From a cyanobacterium endosymbiont of Braarudosphaera bigelowii (GTDB taxonomy: Bacteria > Cyanobacteriota > Cyanobacteriia > Cyanobacteriales > Microcystaceae): 32,000 bases of DNA. Below, piece by piece: positions 1 to 10,177 of the stretch (positions are counted from its first letter, which is position 1; the number at the start of each line of letters is the position of its first letter). The stretch is taken from contig NZ_AP024987.1 in NCBI RefSeq assembly GCF_020885515.1, forward strand, positions 900,001 to 932,000, given 5' to 3'. The notes beneath the pieces are model-generated. The model ran no database searches, was not told the DNA's origin, and worked only from the letters and a program-made list of their open reading frames with translations. Both the position numbers and the translations under genes were made by a program.

Positions 1-132
1 TAAATAAATTTAATATCTCAATATTTGGTTTCATTGAATTTTTTATAAAAAACTAATTAGATAAATACAAACGATTTTTAGTTCTCTATTCTTTGAGGAT
101 AACTAATATTAGACTGATGATATAACATATCC

Positions 133-3093
133 TTAGTCTTGTTTATATGCTTCCATTCCATCACATGAACATACAAGATTTCTATCTCCAAACGCATTAT
201 CAATACGTCCTACTGATGGCCAGAATTTATTTTTTTTTGTCCAAGGAGAGGGATAAGCAGCTTTTTCTCTCGAATAAGGCCGATTCCATTCGTCACAAGC
301 TATTTCTATAGCAGTATGAGGACAGTTTTTTAAGGGATTATTGGTACGGTCAATTTCACCACTTGCAATCATTTTTACTTCTTCATAGATTGCTATCATA
401 GCATTACAGAAACGATCTAATTCTGGTAGATTTTCACTTTCAGTTGGCTCTATCATCATTGTTCCTATTACAGGCCAAGAGATTGTAGGTGCATGAAAGC
501 CAAAGTCCATTAATCTTTTTGCAACATCTTCTACTTCGATTGACGTCTGTTTTTTAAGAGGGCGTAGATCAATAATGCATTCATGTGCTACATATCCAGA
601 ATCTCCTTTGAATAAAATAGGATAGTAACTAGATAAACGATGAGCAATATAGTTAGCATTAAGAATAGCTATCTTTGTAGCTTGAGTTAAGCCTTTACTC
701 CCCATCATAGCAATATACATCCAAGAAATTACTAAAATATTAGCACTCCCCCATGGGGCAGCAGATACTGCACCTATAGAATCAAGATTTACTTCTTTAA
801 TATCATAAGGATTCATATATTTTTCTATGTTGGTATTAGGAAGAAAACGGACAAGATGAGACTTAACGCCGATAGGTCCTACTCCTGGACCTCCTCCTCC
901 GTGAGGAATACAAAAAGTTTTATGTAAATTTAGGTGACAAACATCGGCTCCGATATCAGCAGGACGCATTAGTCCAACTTGAGCATTCATATTGGCCCCA
1001 TCCATATAAACTTGTCCACCATGATGATGAATAATACTACAAATATCTATGATTTGTTTCTCAAAAACCCCATGGGTGGAAGGATAGGTAATCATTAATG
1101 CTGCTAAATTATGTTCATACATTTTAGCTTTTTGTTTTAAATCTAAAATGTCTATATTTCCATTTTTATCGCACTTTACTACTATAACTGTCATGCCACA
1201 CATTACTGCACTAGCAGGGTTTGTCCCGTGAGCAGATTCAGGAATGAGACATATATTTCTTTGAATTTCTTTATGCGCTTTATGATAGCGAAGAATTACT
1301 TGCAATCCTGCATATTCACCCTGAGAACCTGCATTGGGCTGCAATGATATTCCAGAAAAACCTGTTATCTCTCCTAACCATTGTTCTAATTGCTGAAACA
1401 AGATACCATATCCTAGTGCTTGGTCAAGAGGAACAAAAGGGTGAATTTTACTGAACTCAGGCCAAGTTACAGGCGTCATCTCTGCAGTAGCATTTAATTT
1501 CATAGTACATGATCCTAGAGGGATCATAGAAGTATTTAAGGCTAAGTCTTTTTTTTCTAGCTGATGCAAATATCTAATGAGTTCATTCTCAGAATGATAG
1601 CTACTAAAAATTGGATCTATAAGATATGGTGTAGTACGTTCGAGATTAAGGGGCAAATGAAAATCTGCTTTATTTATTACTTCTTCGATAGAAAATGGTA
1701 GCTTATCTTGTTCCGCAAAAATTTGCCAGAGCTCAACTATATCATCAACAGTTGTAGTTTCATTTAGACTAATGCTGATTACCCCTTTCTTGAATAATCG
1801 TAAATTTACCTTTTTCTCTAACGCTGTTTCAATAATTCTATTTTGTCTATCTTTCTCTAAACTTAAGTTAATCGTATCAAAAAATGGATCATTGCTTACA
1901 ACATAATTTAACTTTTTTAGACCATCTTTTAGTATGACAGCTAGTTTATATATTTTTAAAGAAATATTTTTTATCCCTTCAGGTCCATGATAAACAGCAT
2001 ACATCCCTGCGACTATTGCTAGTAAAACTTGTGCAGTACAGATATTACTTGTTGCCTTTTCACGTTTAATGTGCTGTTCTCTAGTCTGTAATGCTAATCT
2101 AAGAGCAGGGTTTCCTCTTACATCTTTAGAAACTCCAACGATACGTCCTGGAATTTGCCTTTTATACCTTTCTCTTGTTGCAAAGTATGCAGCATGTGGT
2201 CCACCATATCCTAGAGGTACACCAAAACGTTGTGTAGTACCTATTGCAATATCAGCTCCAAATTCTCCAGGAGGAGTAATTAGAGCTAAGCTTAGTAAAT
2301 CGGCAGCAACAGTAACTAAAGCATTTTTTTCATGAATGTCTTCAATGAAACAACGATAATCATGTATCGAACCATCCGTAGCAGGATATTGTAGAAGTGC
2401 ACCAAAGATATTATCGTCACATTTAAAAGTTCTATGGTCATCTACGATAATTTTAATATTTAAGGGATTTGCACGAGTTTGAAGAACCTGTATAGTTTGT
2501 GGATGACACAAAGAAGAAACAAAGAAAGTATGAGCAGTTTTGTTTTTACATAAGAAATAACTCATACTCATTGCTTCGGCCGCAGCTGTTCCTTCATCTA
2601 GAAGCGAAGCATTAGCAATTTCAAGTCCAGTTAATTCAATTATCATTGTTTGATAATTGATAAGAGCTTCTAACCTACCTTGTGATATTTCTGCTTGATA
2701 AGGAGTATATGCTGTATACCAACTAGGGTTTTCTAAAATATTACGTTGAATTACTGAAGGAGTAATACAGTCATGATATCCCATTCCAATATAAGAACGA
2801 AATACTTTGTTTTTTGAAGCAAAAGACTTTAATTGAGCTAATGCTTCATGTTCACTTTTAGGTTCTGGTAAACTGAGATTTTTGTGATATCTTATGTGAT
2901 GAGGTATTATTGTATCAATTAGTTGATCTATATTAGAGAAGCCTAGTATATTGATTATTGCATCTATTTCTTGACTATTCGACCCTATATGTCTGCTGAG
3001 AAAATTATCAGCTGATGAAAAAATTTGATTAACTTCTAAGTTCTTTCTATCGTTATTCTGAATATAGTTAGTAGCTAAGTTTTGATCAAGCAT
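133..3093 (-). CDS. gcvP: Glycine dehydrogenase (decarboxylating), glycine cleavage system P-protein
   Basis: 986-aa ORF with full-length P-protein character, including the PLP-lysine region '[24 protein letters not shown]' and '[18 protein letters not shown]'. Confidence 0.97.
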   Translation of the reverse strand: MLDQNLATNYIQNNDRKNLEVNQIFSSADNFLSRHIGSNSQEIDAIINILGFSNIDQLIDTIIPHHIRYHKNLSLPEPKSEHEALAQLKSFASKNKVFRSYIGMGYHDCITPSVIQRNILENPSWYTAYTPYQAEISQGRLEALINYQTMIIELTGLEIANASLLDEGTAAAEAMSMSYFLCKNKTAHTFFVSSLCHPQTIQVLQTRANPLNIKIIVDDHRTFKCDDNIFGALLQYPATDGSIHDYRCFIEDIHEKNALVTVAADLLSLALITPPGEFGADIAIGTTQRFGVPLGYGGPHAAYFATRERYKRQIPGRIVGVSKDVRGNPALRLALQTREQHIKREKATSNICTAQVLLAIVAGMYAVYHGPEGIKNISLKIYKLAVILKDGLKKLNYVVSNDPFFDTINLSLEKDRQNRIIETALEKKVNLRLFKKGVISISLNETTTVDDIVELWQIFAEQDKLPFSIEEVINKADFHLPLNLERTTPYLIDPIFSSYHSENELIRYLHQLEKKDLALNTSMIPLGSCTMKLNATAEMTPVTWPEFSKIHPFVPLDQALGYGILFQQLEQWLGEITGFSGISLQPNAGSQGEYAGLQVILRYHKAHKEIQRNICLIPESAHGTNPASAVMCGMTVIVVKCDKNGNIDILDLKQKAKMYEHNLAALMITYPSTHGVFEKQIIDICSIIHHHGGQVYMDGANMNAQVGLMRPADIGADVCHLNLHKTFCIPHGGGGPGVGPIGVKSHLVRFLPNTNIEKYMNPYDIKEVNLDSIGAVSAAPWGSANILVISWMYIAMMGSKGLTQATKIAILNANYIAHRLSSYYPILFKGDSGYVAHECIIDLRPLKKQTSIEVEDVAKRLMDFGFHAPTISWPVIGTMMIEPTESENLPELDRFCNAMIAIYEEVKMIASGEIDRTNNPLKNCPHTAIEIACDEWNRPYSREKAAYPSPWTKKNKFWPSVGRIDNAFGDRNLVCSCDGMEAYKQD

Positions 3094-3194
3094 ATTAATA
3101 AATATACATTATATTTTTATTGAATCTTTAAAATCTATTATCTTAATAATTAAAAAATCTACATTGAATAAATGAAATAAAACATAGAATTACA

Positions 3195-5114
3195 TTATTT
3201 CTGCATTTTCTTATGATGGTATCCTCTTGGTGTAATCACTAGGTCTTTATAAAAAAAGGTACTATGATTGCCAATAAGTACAGTAGTTAACATATCTATA
3301 TAATATCCTAACATTTCGTTCAATGTTGTAAGCACTATGGTTTCATTTTTACGATATGCGCAGCGAACTAAAGCAACAGGAGTATTTGGATCACGATATT
3401 TTAAAAAGATGGCTCGAGCCACAATAATTTGATGTGTTCTAGTTTTTGATTTTGGATTATAAATAGCAGTAACAAAATCTCCTTGAGCAGCAGCTTTTAA
3501 ACGTTTTTTAATTACACTCCAAGGTGTTAATAGATCACTTAAACTAATTGCACAAAAATCGTGCATTAGAGGTGTACCAACCCTAGCGGCAGCAGCTTGT
3601 AAAGCTGTAATTCCTGGAAAAATTTTGATATCGATAATATTATCTTTTTTGTAAGTATTTTTAAGTTTTTCTAGTACTAACCCTCCCATAGCATAAATAC
3701 CACAGTCACCTGATGATATAACTACAACATTTAGTCCCCATTGTGCTAGTTCAACTGATCTTTCCGCACGTTTTTCTTCTTCAGTAATAGGTAAATCTTC
3801 AATAATTTGACCAGGGTGAAATAAACTTTTTATGAGATCTAAATATAAAGAATAACCGACAATAGCATCGGCTTCAGCAATTGCTTTCTTTGCTGCAGGA
3901 GTTATTTGATCTAAACTTCCAGGCCCTATCCCTACTAAATATAATTTTCCTTTTCTTCCTATATATTCTGTACTGCTTTGGGCTATAGCGATAGTAACTG
4001 CTTGATCTTCAAATTTTACAATTTGCTTAGAGACTAAAAGAACAGTATCATTATTAAAAAAATAATTAGAGCTATAAATAGCAGCAGCTTCTGCCACACT
4101 AGCAGTTCCTAATTCTTGCTTTACAATTGCTGAAGGATTAGGAACACTAACCTTATCTAGAGTATTCACAGAATAGGTAAAGAAAGGTAACTGCTTAATT
4201 TGGCAATATTTAATAATACCAATTTCATCTTTTTTTAAATCAACAGATGCTATCCCAGCTATTGCTTCTGGTGCTAAGCCATGTTGATCAAAAACTGTAG
4301 ATATAGCATCAGAAATCAGTTTATAAGATGCTCCTCTTGTGGATCCTATACCTATCCACAATACTCGGGGATACCATTGTATAGTGGGAATATCAGCTTT
4401 TGTATCTAGAGGATACTTTCTATGGCTAATGATAATATATGATGTTGATTTTTGATCCCTTTTAATATCAGGTAAGGAAAATTTAAAATTATAATTATTT
4501 AAAAAGTTTTTTCTCCAAAGAAATGAGCCGCCTTCTTGTATTATTTGTACAGTTTTCTGACAAGCGATCGCATAACTTACATCTTTCCATTTTCCTGCTC
4601 CTCTTCTCCATCCAAAGGGGAATCCTAATATATCAATACCCGGTAAATTTAGAGTATTTGATACACCAGTTATAACTGGCTCTGCATTTAAGTAACTCGC
4701 AATTAATTTAGTTAATTTATCTGCTCCTCCTTGATGCCCGCCGCATAGACTAATAACAAATTTACCTTCTGGATCTATGACAATAATAGCTGGATCATGA
4801 GTTTTACTTTTTAATAATGGAGCAATAAGACGAACTACAGCTCCAGCTGCCAAGCAAAATACTAGAGCACGATTTTTTAAAAAAATATCAGCCAAATGAT
4901 TTTTAAGAGGACTGTGATAATAAAGGGTTTTTTCGTCAATTAAGGGTAACTTTTCTGGCATATAAAGTATTCCTCTTAAATCTTGACAAAGAGGATGTAA
5001 AAGACTGCAAGCCTGATTAGTAGTCCCAATCATTGCTACAGGATAAAGAATATTAGAAGAATACATGAGATGTGTTGATTTTTTATAATTTTTATCTATG
5101 GTAACGACTTTCAC
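3195..5114 (-). CDS. cobJ: Cobalamin biosynthesis fusion: N-terminal CbiG-like domain plus C-terminal precorrin-3B C17-methyltransferase (CobJ/CbiH)
   Basis: 639-aa ORF. The N-terminal half has CbiG-like 'FCLAAGAVVRLIAPLL..DPAIIVIDPEGKFVISLCGGHQGGADKL'. The C-terminal half has SAM-dependent tetrapyrrole methylase motifs 'GKLYLVGIGPGSLDQITPAAKKAI' and 'VISSGDCGIYAMGG'. Confidence 0.93.
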   Translation of the reverse strand: MKVVTIDKNYKKSTHLMYSSNILYPVAMIGTTNQACSLLHPLCQDLRGILYMPEKLPLIDEKTLYYHSPLKNHLADIFLKNRALVFCLAAGAVVRLIAPLLKSKTHDPAIIVIDPEGKFVISLCGGHQGGADKLTKLIASYLNAEPVITGVSNTLNLPGIDILGFPFGWRRGAGKWKDVSYAIACQKTVQIIQEGGSFLWRKNFLNNYNFKFSLPDIKRDQKSTSYIIISHRKYPLDTKADIPTIQWYPRVLWIGIGSTRGASYKLISDAISTVFDQHGLAPEAIAGIASVDLKKDEIGIIKYCQIKQLPFFTYSVNTLDKVSVPNPSAIVKQELGTASVAEAAAIYSSNYFFNNDTVLLVSKQIVKFEDQAVTIAIAQSSTEYIGRKGKLYLVGIGPGSLDQITPAAKKAIAEADAIVGYSLYLDLIKSLFHPGQIIEDLPITEEEKRAERSVELAQWGLNVVVISSGDCGIYAMGGLVLEKLKNTYKKDNIIDIKIFPGITALQAAAARVGTPLMHDFCAISLSDLLTPWSVIKKRLKAAAQGDFVTAIYNPKSKTRTHQIIVARAIFLKYRDPNTPVALVRCAYRKNETIVLTTLNEMLGYYIDMLTTVLIGNHSTFFYKDLVITPRGYHHKKMQK

Positions 5115-5221
5115 GAAAAAGAGTTAAATACACTAATTAAACTGTGAAAACTAAGAACAGAACTCTTAATATTAATCAATTATGATTTAGTCTCATATAT
5201 AAATAACATAATAGAATATGC

Positions 5222-7015
5222 TTATTTTAATAAGTTATTCCAAGTTAATATCCTAGTCTTGGCAGAATTATATGCTGGGCTTTTCTCAGGAATTATTTTT
5301 GCTAGTTGAATTGCTTCATTAAATAGAGAACGATCAGCTAATTTTTGAGCCATAGATAGTATTTGAAAACTCCAACGCTTCAAGGATTTCTTTGTTTGAG
5401 GACTTACATCTGTTGAAGGTGGAATATTTTGTACGATGGAAATAGCGGAAACTAAAGATTGAGGAGTTTGTGATTGAGCTACTAAATAAGCTTTCTTTAA
5501 ATCTTTTTTAGCTTTAACTTCTATTTGCCATTTTTTAATATCATTTTGTATCTTCCCATAGAGTGGTCGATCTGAAGTGATTTTTTTAGCGACGAGAATA
5601 GCTAATTCATAATTTTTAGTGTTTCCTATGATAATTGCTTGGTTTAAAATTAATTGATCTTCTTTTCGTTGAATATCTATGTACCATTGATAAGCTTTTT
5701 CTTTTGCTTGAGTTGAAAGTGCACGTTTTGAACCAATTGAATTTACCTCATTAATTGCTCTTTTTAAGTCTAAAATATTACCTCCTTCAGCTAAATTTTT
5801 AGCTTTATCTAAAATTGGTTTATCCTCTGCAATTTGTATTAAATTATTCCACTTATCAATTTCCTTTTTAGCTTCTTGATAATGAGAGTTGTTAGGAGGT
5901 ATTAGTTCTATTAATTGAACTGCTGTTTTTAAATCTTTAATGGTGCCTTGAATAGCTAATTTTCTAGATTTTTGAAGATAAGCTATGTACTTTATATCTA
6001 ATTCCCACATATCCACTAAATTATTTGATTTTTGATAAAGAGAACTATTTGAGTCGATTGCTTTAAGTGTCAGTATCGCAAGTTTCAAACTTTCTACTGT
6101 CCCTTTGTTGGCATCCAATCCTGCCTTAGCAATAACATGCCAGTCTTCAACTTTATCAGTAAATATATTTTTATCTGAAACTTTATTAATTACTTCTAAT
6201 AATGTTGACCAATTTTTATTCTCAATCAATTCATTAATATGATTACTTATTTTAGATTCAGCATCTTGTATCAAACTTTGAGCTTTCCGATACGCATAAC
6301 TATCAAAATTTATTTTCTGAGAGTCATTTATTGTAGTTAGCCAGTTATCAACTCCACCACGATTTAATAAAATAAATGCATTATCTAGTTGACCACTCTC
6401 TTTTTTTGCTAGTCTTATTTTTTTAATTGCATCATTATATCCAGTAGTAGCCCAATATTTATTAGGAAGATCAAGAAGCATTAATACTTCTCTGAAAGCT
6501 AAATTCCAACTAAAATTGTGCAACTGACTTTCCACCCTTACTAAGATTTTTTCACCTTCATTCCAGGAATTATTCCATTTCTTAATTCTTTGAGTCACTA
6601 TGTCATAAGTATCGCTGTTAGTAGGTATTTTTTGAGCTATATTAATAGCTTGTTGTAACTGCCCCTGCTGAAATTTCTCTTCAGCAATATCTAAGATGGC
6701 TATTGTCCATTTTTTAATATTATATTTAATTTCACTATGAAGAGAATGCTTTTCGGGAAATATTTGGATCAAATTAATCGCTCTTAAAAAACCTTCTAAA
6801 GTATTTTTTTTCGCCTCTATTTGAGCACAATAAATTTTTATTGAGATCGAAGCGACAGGTAAAAAAAAACGAGTACATTTTGGTGTAATTGTAGGATCTA
6901 AAAAAATCAACGTACTTGTAAAGCCTGTCGTCCCAGAAAATATAATTAATAGAACTGCCCAAATTTGCCAAGAAATCTTACTGCTAATTGTAATAATTCG
7001 ATGAAGTACAGTCAT
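5222..7015 (-). CDS. Hypothetical membrane-anchored protein with multiple degenerate helical repeats
   Basis: 597-aa ORF with an N-terminal hydrophobic segment (IWAVLLIIFSGTTGFTSTLIFL) and repeated units resembling 'A..LA..IP..S..Y..A...I..W'. Confidence 0.8.
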   Translation of the reverse strand: MTVLHRIITISSKISWQIWAVLLIIFSGTTGFTSTLIFLDPTITPKCTRFFLPVASISIKIYCAQIEAKKNTLEGFLRAINLIQIFPEKHSLHSEIKYNIKKWTIAILDIAEEKFQQGQLQQAINIAQKIPTNSDTYDIVTQRIKKWNNSWNEGEKILVRVESQLHNFSWNLAFREVLMLLDLPNKYWATTGYNDAIKKIRLAKKESGQLDNAFILLNRGGVDNWLTTINDSQKINFDSYAYRKAQSLIQDAESKISNHINELIENKNWSTLLEVINKVSDKNIFTDKVEDWHVIAKAGLDANKGTVESLKLAILTLKAIDSNSSLYQKSNNLVDMWELDIKYIAYLQKSRKLAIQGTIKDLKTAVQLIELIPPNNSHYQEAKKEIDKWNNLIQIAEDKPILDKAKNLAEGGNILDLKRAINEVNSIGSKRALSTQAKEKAYQWYIDIQRKEDQLILNQAIIIGNTKNYELAILVAKKITSDRPLYGKIQNDIKKWQIEVKAKKDLKKAYLVAQSQTPQSLVSAISIVQNIPPSTDVSPQTKKSLKRWSFQILSMAQKLADRSLFNEAIQLAKIIPEKSPAYNSAKTRILTWNNLLK

Positions 7016-7466
7016 ATAACTGTTAATTATTTCTTTGATTAGTCGAATATTTAAATGTTACCAGAAACCTTAGAAAAGTTTTAATCACTTCAAAATATAT
7101 TGCTTAAACATAATTTGCGTTAGTAACCATCTTGAGTTTGTTCTGTAAAAAATGGTAATTATTTACATAGTATAAATACATAAAGGCTAAAGGAATAAAA
7201 CATCTTAAATAAGTATCTACATATTTGACATGAACATTTGTACATGAAAAAAATATAAATATTGTTTAACAAACTATTAATTAAAATTTATTCATGAAAA
7301 GTTATCGATACAAGGTTTAACTATCTTCTGAAAAAACAAACTAATTATTATAATCATTTTATTTTTGATAGAAACAAATTACGAATAGATTAGTCAAAAG
7401 AAGATATGATTTTCGTTATATGATTTATTTCTTAGAAGCTTAGGCTTAGGTTCCTCTAATTTTTTT

Positions 7467-7500
7467 TTAATCTTCCCTCTGTATTTAGGGGGAAGATTAA
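7467..7500. repeat. Intergenic inverted repeat (13-bp stem with one G-U, 8-nt loop)
   Basis: TTAATCTTCCCTC-TGTATTTA-GGGGGAAGATTAA. No T-tract follows it on either strand. Confidence 0.8.
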
Positions 7501-7797
7501 AGTAGTAGATAGATTATTTTCCACATTATAAAATTTTAAAAGTTCTCAACTTTAATCTCTATATTACTTATCAGAAATGATTTTTACCTCTACACTGAAG
7601 CCAGTACCTAAAATAAAGAAACTTAATTGTATTAATATCTAAATGTTAAGATATGAGAATAAATTATTCTATTACAAAAATAGTATTTTAAAAAACCTTG
7701 TATGTATCCTGAATATTTTTGTGATTGTATTCTTAACTGATTCTGGGTGCTATTTTACCAACACGCCCTTTAAAAGTTATCTGCCATTAATAAGTTT

Positions 7798-9741
7798 ATG
7801 GAACTATCCTTTGAACTCACTTTGCAAATTGTGATAGCTGTTTTAGCAGGCATTAGTGCTCAAGTTATTGCTGAACTTTTCAGAGTTCCGAGCATTGTCT
7901 TTTTACTCTTGTTTGGCATGCTATTGGGTGCAGATGGTTTTAATTTTCTTCATCCTCATGGACTAGGTGTTGGATTAGAAGTTTTAGTTGCTTTATCAGT
8001 AGCAATTATCCTTTTTGAAGGAGGTTTAAATTTAGAACTGCGTGATCTAGGAAGAGTCTCAGGTAGTCTCCGAAATTTAGTTACTTTTGGTACTCTAATT
8101 ACTTTGGTTGGTGGCGGTATGGCTGCCCACTGGTTTGCAGAGTTTCCTTGGTCTATTGCGTTTCTTTATGCCGCTTTAGTTGTTGTTACTGGTCCAACTG
8201 TAATAAGTCCTTTACTTAAACAGGTAGAAGTAGAACGAAAAGTGGCTACATTATTAGAAAGTGAAGGAGTTCTTATCGATCCTGTAGGCGCAATTTTAGC
8301 AGTAGTAGTTTTTGATACTATTCTCAACAGCAATGCTAGTCCTTTAGAAATTGTTAGTGGCTTATTATTGAGATTTGCAATTGGTGTAATCATTGGTGGT
8401 GTTAGTGGAGCTGCTCTAGGCTTTATTCTTAAGAATACTAGTTTCCTGTCAGAAGATCTTCGAAATTTAGTTGTGCTTGCAGGAGTATGGGGACTATTTG
8501 GGTTAGCTCAACTTATTCGAAGTGAATCAGGTCTTATGGCAACGGTAGTAGCAGGAATTGTGCTTAGAGCTTCTTCTATCCCTGATGAAAGGCTTTTGAG
8601 AAGATTTAAAGGGCAATTAACAGTTTTATGTGTTTCCGTATTGTTTATTCTTTTGGCTGCAGATCTATCTATTGACAGTATTTTTGCTCTAGGCTGGGGA
8701 AGTGTTCTTACAGTTTTTACTTTGATGTGGATAGTAAGACCTATTAGTGTCATTCTTTGCACCATTAATAGTGATTTAAGTTGGAGACAAAAATTTTTTC
8801 TTGGGTGGATAGCTCCAAGAGGGATTGTTTCAGCTTCAATTGCATCCTTATTTGCTATTCTACTAACTCAACAAGGCATCAATGGTGGAGATTCAATTAA
8901 AGCTTTAGTGTTTTTAACCATTATGATGACAGTCTTCATTCAAGGCTTATCTGCTCGCTGGGTAGCAAAAGGATTAAAAATTACTGCTGTTGAAGCTAAA
9001 GGAGCTGTTATTGTTGGATGCAATTCTCTAGGAAGATTAATGGGAAAACTTTTCACACAAAGAGGAGAGTCAGTTGTTTTAATTGATACTGATCCAGAAG
9101 CATGTGATCAAGCTCAATCTGAAGGTCTATCAGTATTTCAGAGTAGTGCATTAGATCCTAACGTTTTAGAAGAGGCTGGGATTGGTTCAATGGGAACTTT
9201 TATGGCTTTGACAAGTAATGGCCAAGTAAATTTGGTGTTAGCTCAACGTGCTGTTGAGGAGTTTAAACCTCCTAGAGTGTTTGCTATTTTTCCTAGTAAT
9301 TCTAATAGGGATCAAACTTCAAACAAAACAAAAATAATGCGGGCTTTCATAGACCAACAATTAATTAAGATCTGGAACCAATATCTTATAGAAGGACAGT
9401 TTAAATTAGGAATTACTCATTTTCAAGAATCAGGATTATTCCCAAAACAAGCTCATTTTCTTACCTTAATTAAAGAAGGAGAAGTTTTACCTCTTTTAAT
9501 TAAAAGGAAAGGTAGTTTGCAGATAGTTCAAGCTTCTCAAGATTGGCAAATTGGCGATGAAATTATTTACCTTTTACGTGATCCTCGTCCAAAACTATTA
9601 AAACATCTCTCAGGAAAAGTTAAGGTATCTAAAGAATTAATTATGGAATTTCTACCAGAAGTTGAAGAATTTCCTTCTTCAACTTCTGGTTTGATAAATC
9701 CACTATTAGCAAATCCATCTACAGAAGTAATTGAAAACTAA
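7798..9741 (+). CDS. Na+/H+ antiporter (CPA family) with C-terminal TrkA-N-like nucleotide-binding domain
   Basis: 647-aa ORF with many transmembrane helices, 'ALYAALVVVTGPTVISPLLK'-type core and a Rossmann segment 'GAVIVGCNSLGRLMGKLFTQRGESVVLIDTDPEAC'. Confidence 0.92.
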   Translation: MELSFELTLQIVIAVLAGISAQVIAELFRVPSIVFLLLFGMLLGADGFNFLHPHGLGVGLEVLVALSVAIILFEGGLNLELRDLGRVSGSLRNLVTFGTLITLVGGGMAAHWFAEFPWSIAFLYAALVVVTGPTVISPLLKQVEVERKVATLLESEGVLIDPVGAILAVVVFDTILNSNASPLEIVSGLLLRFAIGVIIGGVSGAALGFILKNTSFLSEDLRNLVVLAGVWGLFGLAQLIRSESGLMATVVAGIVLRASSIPDERLLRRFKGQLTVLCVSVLFILLAADLSIDSIFALGWGSVLTVFTLMWIVRPISVILCTINSDLSWRQKFFLGWIAPRGIVSASIASLFAILLTQQGINGGDSIKALVFLTIMMTVFIQGLSARWVAKGLKITAVEAKGAVIVGCNSLGRLMGKLFTQRGESVVLIDTDPEACDQAQSEGLSVFQSSALDPNVLEEAGIGSMGTFMALTSNGQVNLVLAQRAVEEFKPPRVFAIFPSNSNRDQTSNKTKIMRAFIDQQLIKIWNQYLIEGQFKLGITHFQESGLFPKQAHFLTLIKEGEVLPLLIKRKGSLQIVQASQDWQIGDEIIYLLRDPRPKLLKHLSGKVKVSKELIMEFLPEVEEFPSSTSGLINPLLANPSTEVIEN

Positions 9742-9806
9742 CTTCTATTTATATTAATTTAGACAAGATATTGTAAGATTATTACTCAAATATAAAGGTT
9801 AACAAT

Positions 9807-9935
9807 ATGATTATGGATGCTAAATTAATTCTGGTTATTCTAACTGCCGTTTTTACTGTATCATGCCTATTTTTTGGGACTAAAAATGGTTTCTATGATT
9901 CTGATGATTATAAAGGTAATGGAACAGCTCATTAA
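9807..9935 (+). CDS. Small single-transmembrane protein, 42 aa (not in supplied ORF track)
   Basis: ATG at 9807, TAA at 9933-9935. Translation MIMDAKLILVILTAVFTVSCLFFGTKNGFYDSDDYKGNGTAH. SD-like AAAGG lies upstream, and tandem hairpins or a terminator follow directly. Confidence 0.7.
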   Translation: MIMDAKLILVILTAVFTVSCLFFGTKNGFYDSDDYKGNGTAH

Positions 9936-9947
9936 CAAACTATTCTT

Positions 9948-9979
9948 AATATTACTAATTATGCATAATTAGTAATATT
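9948..9979. repeat. 32-nt perfect palindrome
   Basis: AATATTACTAATTATG|CATAATTAGTAATATT; every base pairs and there is no loop. Confidence 0.95.
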
Positions 9980-9981
9980 TT

Positions 9982-10011
9982 TGGTTGATATATAAATATA
10001 TCAACCATTTT
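9982..10011 (+). terminator. Rho-independent-type terminator
   Basis: TGGTTGATAT-AAAT-ATATCAACCA stem followed by TTTTTT. Confidence 0.85.
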
Positions 10012-10177
10012 TTGTCGAGCAATAAAAAAAATAATTTACTTATTTAGTATAAATAGTAAATCTATTAGTCAGGTAATTAATTATATATTACGTTTCTATA
10101 AATAATTAATATTAGTTTTATCTGTAAAGTATTCTTAATTTATATGCATTGAAAAAGAGTATCTCAAACAATAATTT

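Noticed and set aside
39-52. TTTTTTATAAAAAA palindrome downstream of gcvP
   Set aside because: Pure A/T low-complexity symmetry; likely by chance.
2069-2335. 88-aa plus-strand ORF inside gcvP
   Set aside because: Antisense to a strongly conserved gene, Cys/Pro-rich low-similarity peptide; shadow ORF.
6774-6971. 65-aa minus-strand ORF overlapping the 597-aa gene in another frame
   Set aside because: It overlaps the 597-aa gene and has no recognisable features.
7643-7834. 63-aa ORF overlapping the antiporter start
   Set aside because: Overlaps the well-supported antiporter start codon in another frame, with no RBS or family signal; composition looks like translated AT-rich spacer.
8166-8765. 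Two minus-strand ORFs (75 and 85 aa) inside the antiporter gene
   Set aside because: Antisense shadow ORFs over conserved transmembrane coding sequence.
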